Shown here piece by piece: positions 47,792 through 57,365 of a stretch of DNA of 64,000 nt. The translations under genes and the position numbers were made by a program. Source of the DNA: Candidatus Latescibacterota bacterium (GTDB lineage Bacteria > Latescibacterota > UBA2968 > UBA8231); assembly GCA_965203175.1 (NCBI GenBank), contig OZ241867.1, positions 2,848,001 to 2,912,000 on the forward strand, given 5' to 3'. The notes beneath the pieces were generated by a model. That model did no database searches, was not told where the DNA came from, and saw only the letters and a list, made by a program, of their open reading frames with translations. Numbering within the stretch: position 1 is the first letter of the stretch; every line of letters begins with the position of its first letter.

Positions 47792-50404
47792 ATGATGACT
47801 CGATCATTGGTCCTAGCCGTGCTGATCGCTGGCACTGCGTTTGCCCAATCGGGCTACCGGATCACTGGAGATCAAGTGGTGGTTGACCGGCGCACGCACT
47901 GGCAAAGTTGGAACTTTCCGCCGGGGGTGCTGGATCTGGGCAGCAGTGGGACGGTGCAACCCCGGAGCCTGCGACGCGATATCAACGCCGTCGGTGACAT
48001 CGTCGCCAACTTGCAAGCCCGTCCGCCGGACGGCCTGAAGAAAGACCCGGAAGATATCGTCCTCGCCGACGCCATCTTAGGAGGGGTCCGCTCCAATGTC
48101 GCGGGTGTAGAAAACCTCTTTGACGGGGATATGACGACTTATTGGGAGCCGGATTCGCCGACCGAGGAGTTGGATTTGGGCACGCAGTGGTGGTTTATCG
48201 TCGATCTGGGGCGTTTGGTGATGGCTAAGAAGCTGGTGCTCAGGTTCGTTTCCGAGGAGTTGGGCGATCCTTTCTTGCAGTTCGACCTGTTGGCTTCGCA
48301 GGGCAATATTCCCAAGGGCAACCAGCGTTCGCCTACGCCTGAGTTTACCACTATCCTGCGCACGTTAAAGCCCAACAAGAAGCAGCGGGTGTTCGAACTG
48401 GTCACCAATTCGGAGCCGACCTTTGCTGGAACGGGTATGCGCTTTGTGCAGATCATCATTACCGGTAGTGACTTTGATCGCGGACGAGAGGTGAGTCCGG
48501 CTCAATACGAGGCTTTGCCGGCGGATGATCAGGGGGCGATTGAGTTTTACAAGAAGCAGGTTGATGGCAGCGAGACGGTGGTGTCGCCGGAGATTTACGA
48601 GTTGCTGACATCCGCGCAGCAAGGGCCGATTCGCTACTTCCAGCGGGAGCGTCCACGATTGGCGGAATTGGAGGTTTGGGCTGAAGGCGACGAGATCCTG
48701 ACGGGGACGTTGGCACGGGGGGGATATGGTACGGCGACGCAGACGGCGGCGATCAACAACTTGATTGACGGTCAGATCGAGAGCAAGGTTCAATTTCTCT
48801 ATTCTTTTGGTCGCGGTTCGTTCAAAGATCCAGAGGGCATTGTCTTTTTTGACTTGGGAGCCTTTTACTGGATCGATGCTTTTCGCATGGCCTACGGTGG
48901 CTCGCCATTTAAGGACTATCGGCTCGACTTTTCCGACGGCAGCCTCGAAGCGGACGGCACCCTCAAGTGGACTACTACGGGGACGCGCCAGACCTCCGCC
49001 CCTACCGCGGTGGGGTCGAAGTGGGAAAGCGAGACTAATCTCAGATTCGGAACCTATGAGGGTAACGATTTCGAGCGGGTAAAAGCGCGCTTCTTTCGCT
49101 TGGTGTGGGAGCAGGTCGAAAGCGCCACAGCCCGCGGCGGAGCCACCGGCCAGCCGTCGGAGATCCAGCTTTACGGCCAGGGGTATCACCCAGAGGTGGC
49201 GCTGACCTCCAATTTGATCCGCTTGGGCGGCAGTCGCAACCTGCTGTCGATTGAGTGGGACGCTGATACGCCGCCGGGCACCAGTGTCGTGTTGCAGACC
49301 CGCACCGGCAACGAACTCGACGAGGTGCTGCGCTACTTCAAAAAAGACGGTACTGAAGTCACCGAGGCCGAATACAATAAGCTGCTGTCGATTTTCCGCG
49401 GCGACACGGTCGGCGAGGAGGTCGCTGGTGGGGACTGGAGCGACTGGAGTGCGCCCTATGAAGACGCCAGCGGCAGTCCGATTACCTCGCCTAGCCCGCG
49501 GGCGTACTTGGAGGTGCGGGCGGTGCTGCGGTCGGACACACCTGATTACAGTGCGACGCTGCGGTCGATTCGCTTGAATTTTACCAATCCGGTCGCACAG
49601 GGGCTGTCTGGCGAAGTGACTCCCTTTGCGGTGGAGCAGTTGGGGCAGCCGCAGCGATTTTCGCTCTATGTGCGCCCAGAGTTTGCCGCAGGCGATCCGG
49701 GGTTTGATCAGTTGTTAGTAGTCGCCCCGTCGGATATGCGTTTGGCTTTTGAGGGGGTATATGGCGGTCCGGCGGCGTCACTGGCTGCTGACGTAGGAGC
49801 CGATTGGGCGTTGGACGGAGCAGAGGTTGTGCCTACCGCTGGCGATAGTTTGCAGGTAGCGTTTTCGGAGATAAATCCATCTTCGGGGGTTGAGGTGGTG
49901 CGGTTGGATTTTTCGACGGCTTTGTTTTCGACCGGAGCAGTGATGCTGGCGTCATTGCAGAACAGTGCGGAGGGCGAGGGCGGCTGGCAGCGGGTGGACC
50001 CGGGCGAGGCGGTCGCGGAGGTGGTCAGCAATACGACGACGCTGGTAGGCAAAGTCGCGTCTGGGCCTTTGGTGCAAGCAGTGTCGGTGGTGCCCTCGGT
50101 GTTTACGCCCAATGGTGATGGCATTAACGATGAGGCATCGTTCCGCTTTACGGTGGTCAAGGTGGGCGATGACAGTCCGGTGGAGGTGCTCATCTACGAT
50201 CTGCAAGGACGGCTGGTGCGGCGGCTGGTCGAGCGGCGGGCGTTGAGTACGGGATCGTATGGGGTCGCTTGGGACGGACGCGACGAACAGGGCGAAGTCG
50301 CTCCACCGGGGGTCTATCTAGCGCGGCTGCGCGTGGACACCGATACTGAGGGATCCCAAATAGGCAATGCCGAGATTTTCCGCACCATCGCCGTTGCCTA
50401 CTAG
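47792..50404 (+). CDS. Type-B array protein B2
   Basis: ATGATG at 47792 after GAGGGG, signal peptide, collinear with B1. Ends IAVAY. Confidence 0.85.
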   Translation: MMTRSLVLAVLIAGTAFAQSGYRITGDQVVVDRRTHWQSWNFPPGVLDLGSSGTVQPRSLRRDINAVGDIVANLQARPPDGLKKDPEDIVLADAILGGVRSNVAGVENLFDGDMTTYWEPDSPTEELDLGTQWWFIVDLGRLVMAKKLVLRFVSEELGDPFLQFDLLASQGNIPKGNQRSPTPEFTTILRTLKPNKKQRVFELVTNSEPTFAGTGMRFVQIIITGSDFDRGREVSPAQYEALPADDQGAIEFYKKQVDGSETVVSPEIYELLTSAQQGPIRYFQRERPRLAELEVWAEGDEILTGTLARGGYGTATQTAAINNLIDGQIESKVQFLYSFGRGSFKDPEGIVFFDLGAFYWIDAFRMAYGGSPFKDYRLDFSDGSLEADGTLKWTTTGTRQTSAPTAVGSKWESETNLRFGTYEGNDFERVKARFFRLVWEQVESATARGGATGQPSEIQLYGQGYHPEVALTSNLIRLGGSRNLLSIEWDADTPPGTSVVLQTRTGNELDEVLRYFKKDGTEVTEAEYNKLLSIFRGDTVGEEVAGGDWSDWSAPYEDASGSPITSPSPRAYLEVRAVLRSDTPDYSATLRSIRLNFTNPVAQGLSGEVTPFAVEQLGQPQRFSLYVRPEFAAGDPGFDQLLVVAPSDMRLAFEGVYGGPAASLAADVGADWALDGAEVVPTAGDSLQVAFSEINPSSGVEVVRLDFSTALFSTGAVMLASLQNSAEGEGGWQRVDPGEAVAEVVSNTTTLVGKVASGPLVQAVSVVPSVFTPNGDGINDEASFRFTVVKVGDDSPVEVLIYDLQGRLVRRLVERRALSTGSYGVAWDGRDEQGEVAPPGVYLARLRVDTDTEGSQIGNAEIFRTIAVAY

Positions 50405-50413
50405 AGGGCATTA

Positions 50414-53020
50414 ATGATGCATCGATTATTGATCCTAGCCGTGCTGATCGCTGGCACTGCGTTTGCCCAATCGGGCTACCGGATCACTGGAGATCAAGTG
50501 GTGGTTGACCGGCGCACGCACTGGCAAAGCTGGAACTTTCCACCGGGGGTGCTAGATCTGGGCAGCAGCGGGACGGTGCAACCTCGAAGTCTGCGGCGCG
50601 ATATCAACGCCGTCGGTGACATCGTCGCCAACTTGCGAGCCCGTCCGCCGGATGGCCTGAAGAAAGAGCCAGAAGACATCGTCCTCGCCGATGCCATCTT
50701 AGGGGGTGCCCGCTCCAATGTCGCAGGCGTAGAAAACCTCTTAGACGGGGATATGACGACTTATTGGGAGCCGGATTCGCCGACCGAGGAGTTGGATTTG
50801 GGCACGCAGTGGTGGTTTATCGTCGATCTGGGGCGTTTGGTGATGGCTAAGAAGCTGGTGCTCAGGTTCGTTCCTGAGGAGTTGGGCGATCCTTTCTTGC
50901 AGTTCGACCTGTTGGTCTCACAGGGCAATATTCCCAAGGGCAACCAGCGTTCGCCTACGCCCGAGTTTACCACCATCCTGCGCACGTTAAAGCCCAACAA
51001 GAAGCAGCGGGTGTTCGAGTTGGTCACCAATTCGGAGCCGACCTTTGCTGGAACGGGTATGCGCTTTGTGCAGATCATCATTACCGGTAGTGACTTTGAT
51101 CGCGGACGAGAGGTGAGTCCGGCTCAATACGAGGCTTTGCCGGCGGATGATCAGGGGGCGATTGAGTTTTACAAGAAGCAGGTTGATGGCAGCGAGACGG
51201 TGGTGTCGCCGGAGATTTACGAGTTGCTAACATCCGCGCAGCAAGGGCCAATCCGCTACTACCGCAAGGAGCGTCCCCGGTTGGCGGAATTGGAGGTTTG
51301 GGCAGAGGGCGACGAGATTCTGACGGGGACGTTGGCTCGGGGGGGGTATGGCACGGCGACGCAGACGGCGGCGATCAACAACTTGATTGACGGTCAGATC
51401 GAGAGCAAGGTTCAGTTTATCTATTCTTTTGGTCGCGGCTCGTTCAAAGATCCAGAGGGCATTGTCTTTTTTGACTTGGGAGCCTTTTACTGGATCGACG
51501 CGTTTCGTCTAGCTTACGGCGGCTCGACGTTTAGGGACTACCGGCTCGACTTTTCCGACGGCAGCCTTGAAGCAGACGGCAGCCTTAAGTGGGTCACCGG
51601 AGGGACGCGCGTACCGACTCAGGATGTCACGGCCTCTGCCGGCCGCGTGACCAACCTCGGTTTCGGGGTGTACGAGGGTAACGATTTCGAGCGGATAAAA
51701 GCGCGCTTCTTTCGCTTGGTGTGGGAGCAGTATGAAAGCGCCACAGCCCGCGGCGGAGCCACCGGCCAACCAGCCGAGATCCAGCTCTACGGTCAGGGGT
51801 ATCACCCCGAGGTAGCGCTGACCTCCAATTTGATCCGCTTGGGCGGCAGTCGCAACCTGCTGTCGATTGCCTGGGATGCCGACACGCCGCCGGGCACCAG
51901 CGTCGTGTTGCAGACCCGCACCGGCAACGAACTCGACGAAGTGTTGCGCTACTTCAAAAAGGACGGCACCGAAGTCACCGAGGACGAATACAACAAGCTG
52001 CTGTCGATTTTCCGCGGCGACACCATCGGTGAAGAGGTTGCTGGTGGAGATTGGAGCGACTGGAGTGCGCCCTACGAAGACGCCAGCGGCAGTCCGATTA
52101 CTTCACCCTCACCGCGGGCGTACTTGGAGGTGCGGGCGGTGTTGCGGTCGGACACGCCCGATTACAGTGCGACGCTGCGGTCGCTGCGGTTGCATTTTGC
52201 CAATCCGGTTGCGCAGGGACTATCGGGCGAAGTAACCCCCTTTGCAGTAGAGCAGTTGGGGCAGCCGCAGCGGTTTTCGCTTTATGTGCGTCCCCAGTTT
52301 GCCGCTGGTGATCCGGGATTTGATCAGTTGTTAGTGGTAGCCCCGTCGGATATGCGTTTGGCGTTTGAAGGGGTGTATGGCGGTCCAGCGTCGGCCTTAG
52401 CTGCTGAGGTAGGCACCGATTGGGCGTTGGATGGAGCAGAGGTCGTGCCTACTGCTAGTGATAGTTTGCAGGTGGCGTTTTCGGCGATAGGTCCCTCCTC
52501 GGAAGTTGAGGTGGTGCGGCTGGACTTTTCAACGGCTTTGTTTTCGACGGGAGCGGTATTGCAGGCGTCGCTGCAGAATAGTATGAAGGGAGAGGGGGGG
52601 TGGCAGCGGGTGGATCCAGGCGAGGCAGTGGAAGCTATTGCCAGTAACACGACGACGCTGGTGGGGGCGGTGCAAGAGGGTGCCTTAGTGCAGGCGGTGG
52701 AAGTGGAGCCGAGCGTGGTTACGCCCAATGGCGACGGGGTCAACGACGAGATGGGGTTTCACTTCCAGGTAGTCAAGGTGGACGGAGCTAGTCCGGTGGA
52801 GTTGTTGATCCACGATGTGCAAGGACGGCGAGTGCGGCGCTTAGTCGAGCAGCGTCCGACGAGCACGGGGGTCTACGGGATGGAGTGGGACGGTCGGGAT
52901 GAGCAGGGGGTGGTGGTGCCCCCGGGAGTCTATCTGGCGCGAGTGCGAGTAGATACGGACACCGAGGGTGCCCGCATTGGACGCGCCGAAATTCTACGCA
53001 CCATTGCCGTTGCCTATTAG
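50414..53020 (+). CDS. Type-B array protein B3 (recent tandem duplicate of B2)
   Basis: First ~1 kb nearly identical to B2 at DNA level. CTD begins VTPNGDGVND. Ends IAVAY. Confidence 0.85.
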   Translation: MMHRLLILAVLIAGTAFAQSGYRITGDQVVVDRRTHWQSWNFPPGVLDLGSSGTVQPRSLRRDINAVGDIVANLRARPPDGLKKEPEDIVLADAILGGARSNVAGVENLLDGDMTTYWEPDSPTEELDLGTQWWFIVDLGRLVMAKKLVLRFVPEELGDPFLQFDLLVSQGNIPKGNQRSPTPEFTTILRTLKPNKKQRVFELVTNSEPTFAGTGMRFVQIIITGSDFDRGREVSPAQYEALPADDQGAIEFYKKQVDGSETVVSPEIYELLTSAQQGPIRYYRKERPRLAELEVWAEGDEILTGTLARGGYGTATQTAAINNLIDGQIESKVQFIYSFGRGSFKDPEGIVFFDLGAFYWIDAFRLAYGGSTFRDYRLDFSDGSLEADGSLKWVTGGTRVPTQDVTASAGRVTNLGFGVYEGNDFERIKARFFRLVWEQYESATARGGATGQPAEIQLYGQGYHPEVALTSNLIRLGGSRNLLSIAWDADTPPGTSVVLQTRTGNELDEVLRYFKKDGTEVTEDEYNKLLSIFRGDTIGEEVAGGDWSDWSAPYEDASGSPITSPSPRAYLEVRAVLRSDTPDYSATLRSLRLHFANPVAQGLSGEVTPFAVEQLGQPQRFSLYVRPQFAAGDPGFDQLLVVAPSDMRLAFEGVYGGPASALAAEVGTDWALDGAEVVPTASDSLQVAFSAIGPSSEVEVVRLDFSTALFSTGAVLQASLQNSMKGEGGWQRVDPGEAVEAIASNTTTLVGAVQEGALVQAVEVEPSVVTPNGDGVNDEMGFHFQVVKVDGASPVELLIHDVQGRRVRRLVEQRPTSTGVYGMEWDGRDEQGVVVPPGVYLARVRVDTDTEGARIGRAEILRTIAVAY

Positions 53021-53048
53021 CGCTTCTCCTCTCAGCGGAGAGAGTACT

Positions 53049-55010
53049 ATGCGGGTATCGCTGATTCTGCTGGCCCTTGGTTTCCTTTGGAGCCAAGCGT
53101 CGGCGTTGACGATTTATCGGATCGGTGGGCAGAGCCTGCCGCCGCCGGAATTGGACGCGCCCTACGAATTCGTGTCGTTGGCTTGGGCCGATGCCGACGA
53201 AGCCCTCGACGGTCAGATCAAGTTGGTCGAAGTAGAAACCGACTTCATTCATCCGCAGCGCCTAGATCCTGCCGTCAACATCGCACCGCAGATCTACGAC
53301 TTGGACGGCGGCACCGTGTTCGTCATGCATTCGCACACTGGCTGGACCGAGAACTTAGAGGACGACGATCACTTCATCTTTGATGGCGATCCCGAAACGG
53401 TCTATCTGGGCGATGGCCATTGGCCGTGGGGGGCCATTTTCTTTGGCAGACGCTCCCTCGATGAGGGTTGGGGCAAGGGACGATGGATCTACACCAAGGT
53501 CTGGATCTTCGACCTCGGCGGCCTATTCACCCTGCAGCGCATTCGACTTTTCCCCCGCGAAAAGTTTGTCAACGAGCGCTTTATCCAGCGATTCAGAGTC
53601 GGCACCAGCGATGGCGATCCCCTCAAGGACGGCACCCGCGATCACGCGATCACGCATCGGGGCTTTTTTTTCGACTTCGATATCGCCTATGACATCAAGG
53701 AAAACTCGAGTGGGGTGTTGGAACTGGCGATGCCCTCCGAGCCGGTCCAGCGTCTGCTGCTCGATGCCCCAGAAAACTCAAGAGGGATCTGGGAGCTAGC
53801 TGAGTTCGAGATATACGGGTTTGGCTTTGCCAACGAGGCCACCTACCGCTCGAACATCATTGATCTCGGTGAGGCGGTTGCACTGGGTCCCATAATTTGG
53901 TCGGGAAGGCAAGATCCAGAGGCCGCAGTCGAATTGCGTACGCGCAGCGGTGACAGCGCCGACCCGAACAACTACTGGCGCTTCACGTTCAGGGGCGACG
54001 AGAAGTCACTCTTCGACCAGCAAGGGAAGCCCCTCACCCGGCGGAGTTACGCCAAACTCAACAAGGGAGAGAAGGCCGGGATTACCTATGATACCCGCAA
54101 CTGGGACTCGTGGAGTCCGGCCTACGACTTCAGCGCCGGGGTGGGCGATATACAGGCGAACAAACCGCGTCGCTACGTCCAGTTCAGCGTTGACTTCTAC
54201 TCGGTCCGCGACCAGGGCAGTCAACTCGACTACGTGCAGTTTGCGGTGTCGGACCCGCCAATTGCGACCCAAGCCCTAGCGGAAATCACCCCAGGCGCGG
54301 TGCGGGCAGGCGAGCCAGCGGCATTTACCTATGTGTTGACTCCAATGTTTAGCCCCCGAGATTTGGGCTTCGATTCGATTGAAATCGATACTCCGAGCCT
54401 CCCCGGCGGGGTGGATGCGGTGCGGATCAGCGGCGAGGAGGTGGGGTTTGAGATCCGGCGGCTGGACGAACGCGGCTTTGAATTGGGGATTCCCCGGATC
54501 GACGCGACGCGAACCGGCGAGCGGATCGAGGTCGATTTCCGCGCCGAAGTCTTCCAGTTTGGGACGCTTTTTACCGGGCGGGTTTTCGATAGCGAGAAAC
54601 CACACGAGGTGCGGCAGGCGCTGACGGCCGGTGATGCGGACCCGCTCATAGAGGGCGATCGCTTGAGCGTAGATATTCTGGATTTGGCCCAAAAGAGCAT
54701 CAAAGGGTTGCGCGTGCAGGCCGGCGTTTTTACCCCCAACGGCGACGGGATTAACGATGTGGTCTCGATCGAGTGCGACTTGCTGAACGTAGAGGCCGCA
54801 CCCGTGGCGATCCAGATATTTGATTTGGCGGGGCGCGAGATCGACCAGATCGACGGCGGTGAGCAAGTCAGCGGGCGGTTCACCGCAGCGTGGGACGGGC
54901 GCGATGTCGATGGGAGACTTGCGCCGCCGGGAACGTATCTGCTGCAGCTCACCGTAGAGACGGACGAAGGGGTTGATCGGGCACAACGAGTTGTCGGCAT
55001 GGCTTATTAA
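53049..55010 (+). CDS. Type-A array protein A3
   Basis: ATG 53049 after GGAGAG, ALTIYRIGG, an extended aromatic loop and 'FTPNGDGIND'. Ends VGMAY. Confidence 0.85.
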   Translation: MRVSLILLALGFLWSQASALTIYRIGGQSLPPPELDAPYEFVSLAWADADEALDGQIKLVEVETDFIHPQRLDPAVNIAPQIYDLDGGTVFVMHSHTGWTENLEDDDHFIFDGDPETVYLGDGHWPWGAIFFGRRSLDEGWGKGRWIYTKVWIFDLGGLFTLQRIRLFPREKFVNERFIQRFRVGTSDGDPLKDGTRDHAITHRGFFFDFDIAYDIKENSSGVLELAMPSEPVQRLLLDAPENSRGIWELAEFEIYGFGFANEATYRSNIIDLGEAVALGPIIWSGRQDPEAAVELRTRSGDSADPNNYWRFTFRGDEKSLFDQQGKPLTRRSYAKLNKGEKAGITYDTRNWDSWSPAYDFSAGVGDIQANKPRRYVQFSVDFYSVRDQGSQLDYVQFAVSDPPIATQALAEITPGAVRAGEPAAFTYVLTPMFSPRDLGFDSIEIDTPSLPGGVDAVRISGEEVGFEIRRLDERGFELGIPRIDATRTGERIEVDFRAEVFQFGTLFTGRVFDSEKPHEVRQALTAGDADPLIEGDRLSVDILDLAQKSIKGLRVQAGVFTPNGDGINDVVSIECDLLNVEAAPVAIQIFDLAGREIDQIDGGEQVSGRFTAAWDGRDVDGRLAPPGTYLLQLTVETDEGVDRAQRVVGMAY

Positions 55011-55174
55011 AACAGGCTTGTGCTGTATTTGCGGTCGCGCCGGTGCCGGAAGGATGGCGGGGATCGTCGATTGGGGCGTTGTGGCTGTTTGCTGGGCTAA
55101 AGACGGCGACGCGTGGACGCCTATGAGATCGTCCAAGAGCAAACGGAGTTGACTATTAATCAGGGAGCCTATCT

Positions 55175-56143
55175 ATGAGCAGACCCGTATGTCTGGTTTC
55201 TGGTTCGAGCAGTGGAATTGGCACGGCTGTTGTGGCCGCCTTCGCCGCCAATGGCTACGACGTGGTGGTGCACTACAATTCCGGCAGCGATCCCTCCGAC
55301 CCCCGTGCGCATAAAAGCTCCGGCGAGGAGCGGGCGGCCGCGGTGGCCAACAAACTGCGGACGGAGCACGGGGTGGAGGCGCTGAGTTTGGGTGCCGATT
55401 TGAGCCGGCCCGAAGCCCCTTTCGACCTAGTGGATCGGGCCTACGCGCATTTCGGCCGTCTCGATACCGTTGTCAGCAACAGCGGCGTGACCAACTACGT
55501 GCGCGGCGCAGACGGGCAGATTGCGCGCTACCGCTTCACCGAGACGCCGGTCGATCATCTTGAACAGGAGTTGGACCGGGTCCTCAGCGTCAATCTCAAA
55601 GGGGCCTACCGCCTGTGTCAGCGCGCGCTCAAACGCATGATCGAGCAGGCCGAAAACGAGCGGCGGGCCGGGCAAGAAGTCCCGCACCGCAGCTTTCTGT
55701 TTATCGCTACGGTATCGGATGTGGCGCCCGACAGCACGCGCATCCCCTACGGGGTGAGCAAGGCCGGGCTCAACCACGTGGTCCTAGGGGCCGCCTTTGA
55801 TGCGGGACAGCACAATATTACCGTCAACGCCCTGCGTCCAGGGGTGGTGGAGACGCCGCTGACGTCGCGTCCTTCTGGCATCGTCGATCCGGAGACCGAC
55901 CAGCAGTATACCGTGGCTGAAACCTACGGTCTGATGGCCGAGGGGGGCTCGCAGGCGCTGCCGCGCATCGGCCAGCCCGAAGATATCGCCGGTGCTGCCT
56001 TCGCCTTCACCCAAATCCCCTATATGACCGGTCAGTTGATCGCGGTGGACGGGGGATTCACGTTGGTCAATGGCTTTCCCAACCGCGAACTGTTCCTGCA
56101 GGAGGGCATGCGGCGACGACAGGAGAGCAAACAAGGAGATTGA
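55175..56143 (+). CDS. Short-chain dehydrogenase/reductase
   Basis: SGSSSGIG, 'GRLDTVVSNSG', YGVSK (YxxxK), 'ITVNALRPG' and 'YMTGQLIAVDGG'. Confidence 0.92.
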   Translation: MSRPVCLVSGSSSGIGTAVVAAFAANGYDVVVHYNSGSDPSDPRAHKSSGEERAAAVANKLRTEHGVEALSLGADLSRPEAPFDLVDRAYAHFGRLDTVVSNSGVTNYVRGADGQIARYRFTETPVDHLEQELDRVLSVNLKGAYRLCQRALKRMIEQAENERRAGQEVPHRSFLFIATVSDVAPDSTRIPYGVSKAGLNHVVLGAAFDAGQHNITVNALRPGVVETPLTSRPSGIVDPETDQQYTVAETYGLMAEGGSQALPRIGQPEDIAGAAFAFTQIPYMTGQLIAVDGGFTLVNGFPNRELFLQEGMRRRQESKQGD

Positions 56144-56144
56144 C

Positions 56145-56528
56145 ATGGCCCATGACGAAGCAGCAGCGGTAATCGCAGCAGCGAAAATCGCCACCGCCGC
56201 GTATTGCGCCGGCGATATAGACGCCTTTCTGCCGTATATCCACCCCCAACGCACTACCTTTGGACCCGACGGCAGTCGTCTGGCGGCTTTCGACGCTAAA
56301 GCGCTGCGGGCCGGCATGGCCGCAGGCCGTGTCCAGGCGCAGGTGGAATGGCGGGATCTCCAAGCCACCGTACATGGCGATGTCGCGGTCAGTACGGGGT
56401 ATCTGGTCGGCACTTGGACCATCGGCGACAGCGTCGAGGAAGGTACCTGGCGCGAAACCATCGTCTGGCTCAAGCAGGACCAGCGCTGGCAGGTTTCCCA
56501 TTTGCATGTATCCGCGTGTCTGACCTGA
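56145..56528 (+). CDS. NTF2/SnoaL-like (DUF4440) protein
   Basis: ATG after AAGGAG. 'AYCAGDIDAF', 'HGDVAV.TGY' and 'RETIVWLKQD.RWQVSHLHVS'. Confidence 0.85.
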   Translation: MAHDEAAAVIAAAKIATAAYCAGDIDAFLPYIHPQRTTFGPDGSRLAAFDAKALRAGMAAGRVQAQVEWRDLQATVHGDVAVSTGYLVGTWTIGDSVEEGTWRETIVWLKQDQRWQVSHLHVSACLT

Positions 56529-56561
56529 GAAGGCTGAACCAAGAAGCGAACGGAGGTCAAA

Positions 56562-57344
56562 ATGAGCGCAGAGCGGTCGTTTCATCTAGGGTATTCCACG
56601 ATCACTTGGGGCCCCACACCGGATTTGGACAAGGTGTTTGGCACCATCGCCGACGCTGGCTGGGAAGGGGTGGAGTTCATCAGCGTTTCGATGGACTGGC
56701 TGGGCACGCCCCGAAGGCTGCGCGGCTTGCTCGATCAGCACGGGTTGCCGCCGGTGTGCCTGTTCGGCAGTGTGTCGCTGGCACCCGACGCCGAACAGGT
56801 GCTCGCTCGGCAGCAGCGCATCATCGAGTACGCGGCTGAGTTGGGTTGCCCCAATTACTGCTTTCTCGGCGGCAATCGCGTGGCGCTACGCCAGCCCAAC
56901 GACGACGAGTTTAAACGCTTGGCTGAGCAGGCGGAGACCCTCATCGATTACGCCGAGCCTCTGGGGGTGAAGGTGACCTATCACGCGCATCCGCGCTGCA
57001 CGGTCGAAAGCGAAGAGGAGCAGGACAAGCTCCTCGCATACGCCGAGCGGCTGCAGATCTGCATGGACGTGTCGGTGGCGGCTTTTATGCAGGAAGACGC
57101 GGTCGCCCAGATCTTCAAATACCGCGAGCGCATCGGCTACGTGCACATGAAGGACTGGGCTCAGGGCAAGTTCTGCGTGATGGGGCAGGGCACGGTGGGG
57201 CTGGATTTCGCCGCGATTCGCACGGCGCTTGAGGAGATCGGCTATCAGGGCTGGGTAATGGGCGAGTTGTCCAGCTATGCAGACACCGACGCGGATAAAT
57301 CGTGTCGGGCCAATCGGGAATTCCTACGCTCGGTGGGTTACTGA
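56562..57344 (+). CDS. Sugar-phosphate isomerase/epimerase (xylose-isomerase-like TIM barrel, IolE-like)
   Basis: 'ITWG', 'AGWEGVE', 'YHAH', 'IGYVHMKD', 'MGQGTVGLDF' and 'GYQGWVMGE'. Confidence 0.88.
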   Translation: MSAERSFHLGYSTITWGPTPDLDKVFGTIADAGWEGVEFISVSMDWLGTPRRLRGLLDQHGLPPVCLFGSVSLAPDAEQVLARQQRIIEYAAELGCPNYCFLGGNRVALRQPNDDEFKRLAEQAETLIDYAEPLGVKVTYHAHPRCTVESEEEQDKLLAYAERLQICMDVSVAAFMQEDAVAQIFKYRERIGYVHMKDWAQGKFCVMGQGTVGLDFAAIRTALEEIGYQGWVMGELSSYADTDADKSCRANREFLRSVGY

Positions 57345-57365
57345 GCGTTATACAAGGAGCAGACA

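Larger units (their letters stand above)
47779..53020 (+). repeat. Tandem gene-length direct repeat (unit ~2.62 kb, B2/B3)
   Basis: Start codons are 2,622 bp apart. The junction TAGAGG(G)GCATTAATGATG recurs at 47779 and 50402. Long near-identical stretches, e.g. ~48130-48630 vs ~50750-51250. Confidence 0.9.

Noticed and set aside
47792-53020. B2/B3 as a pure assembly duplication artefact
   Set aside because: The copies differ by many synonymous changes, a distinct loop and a distinct C-terminal region, and both ORFs are intact. Long reads are still desirable.
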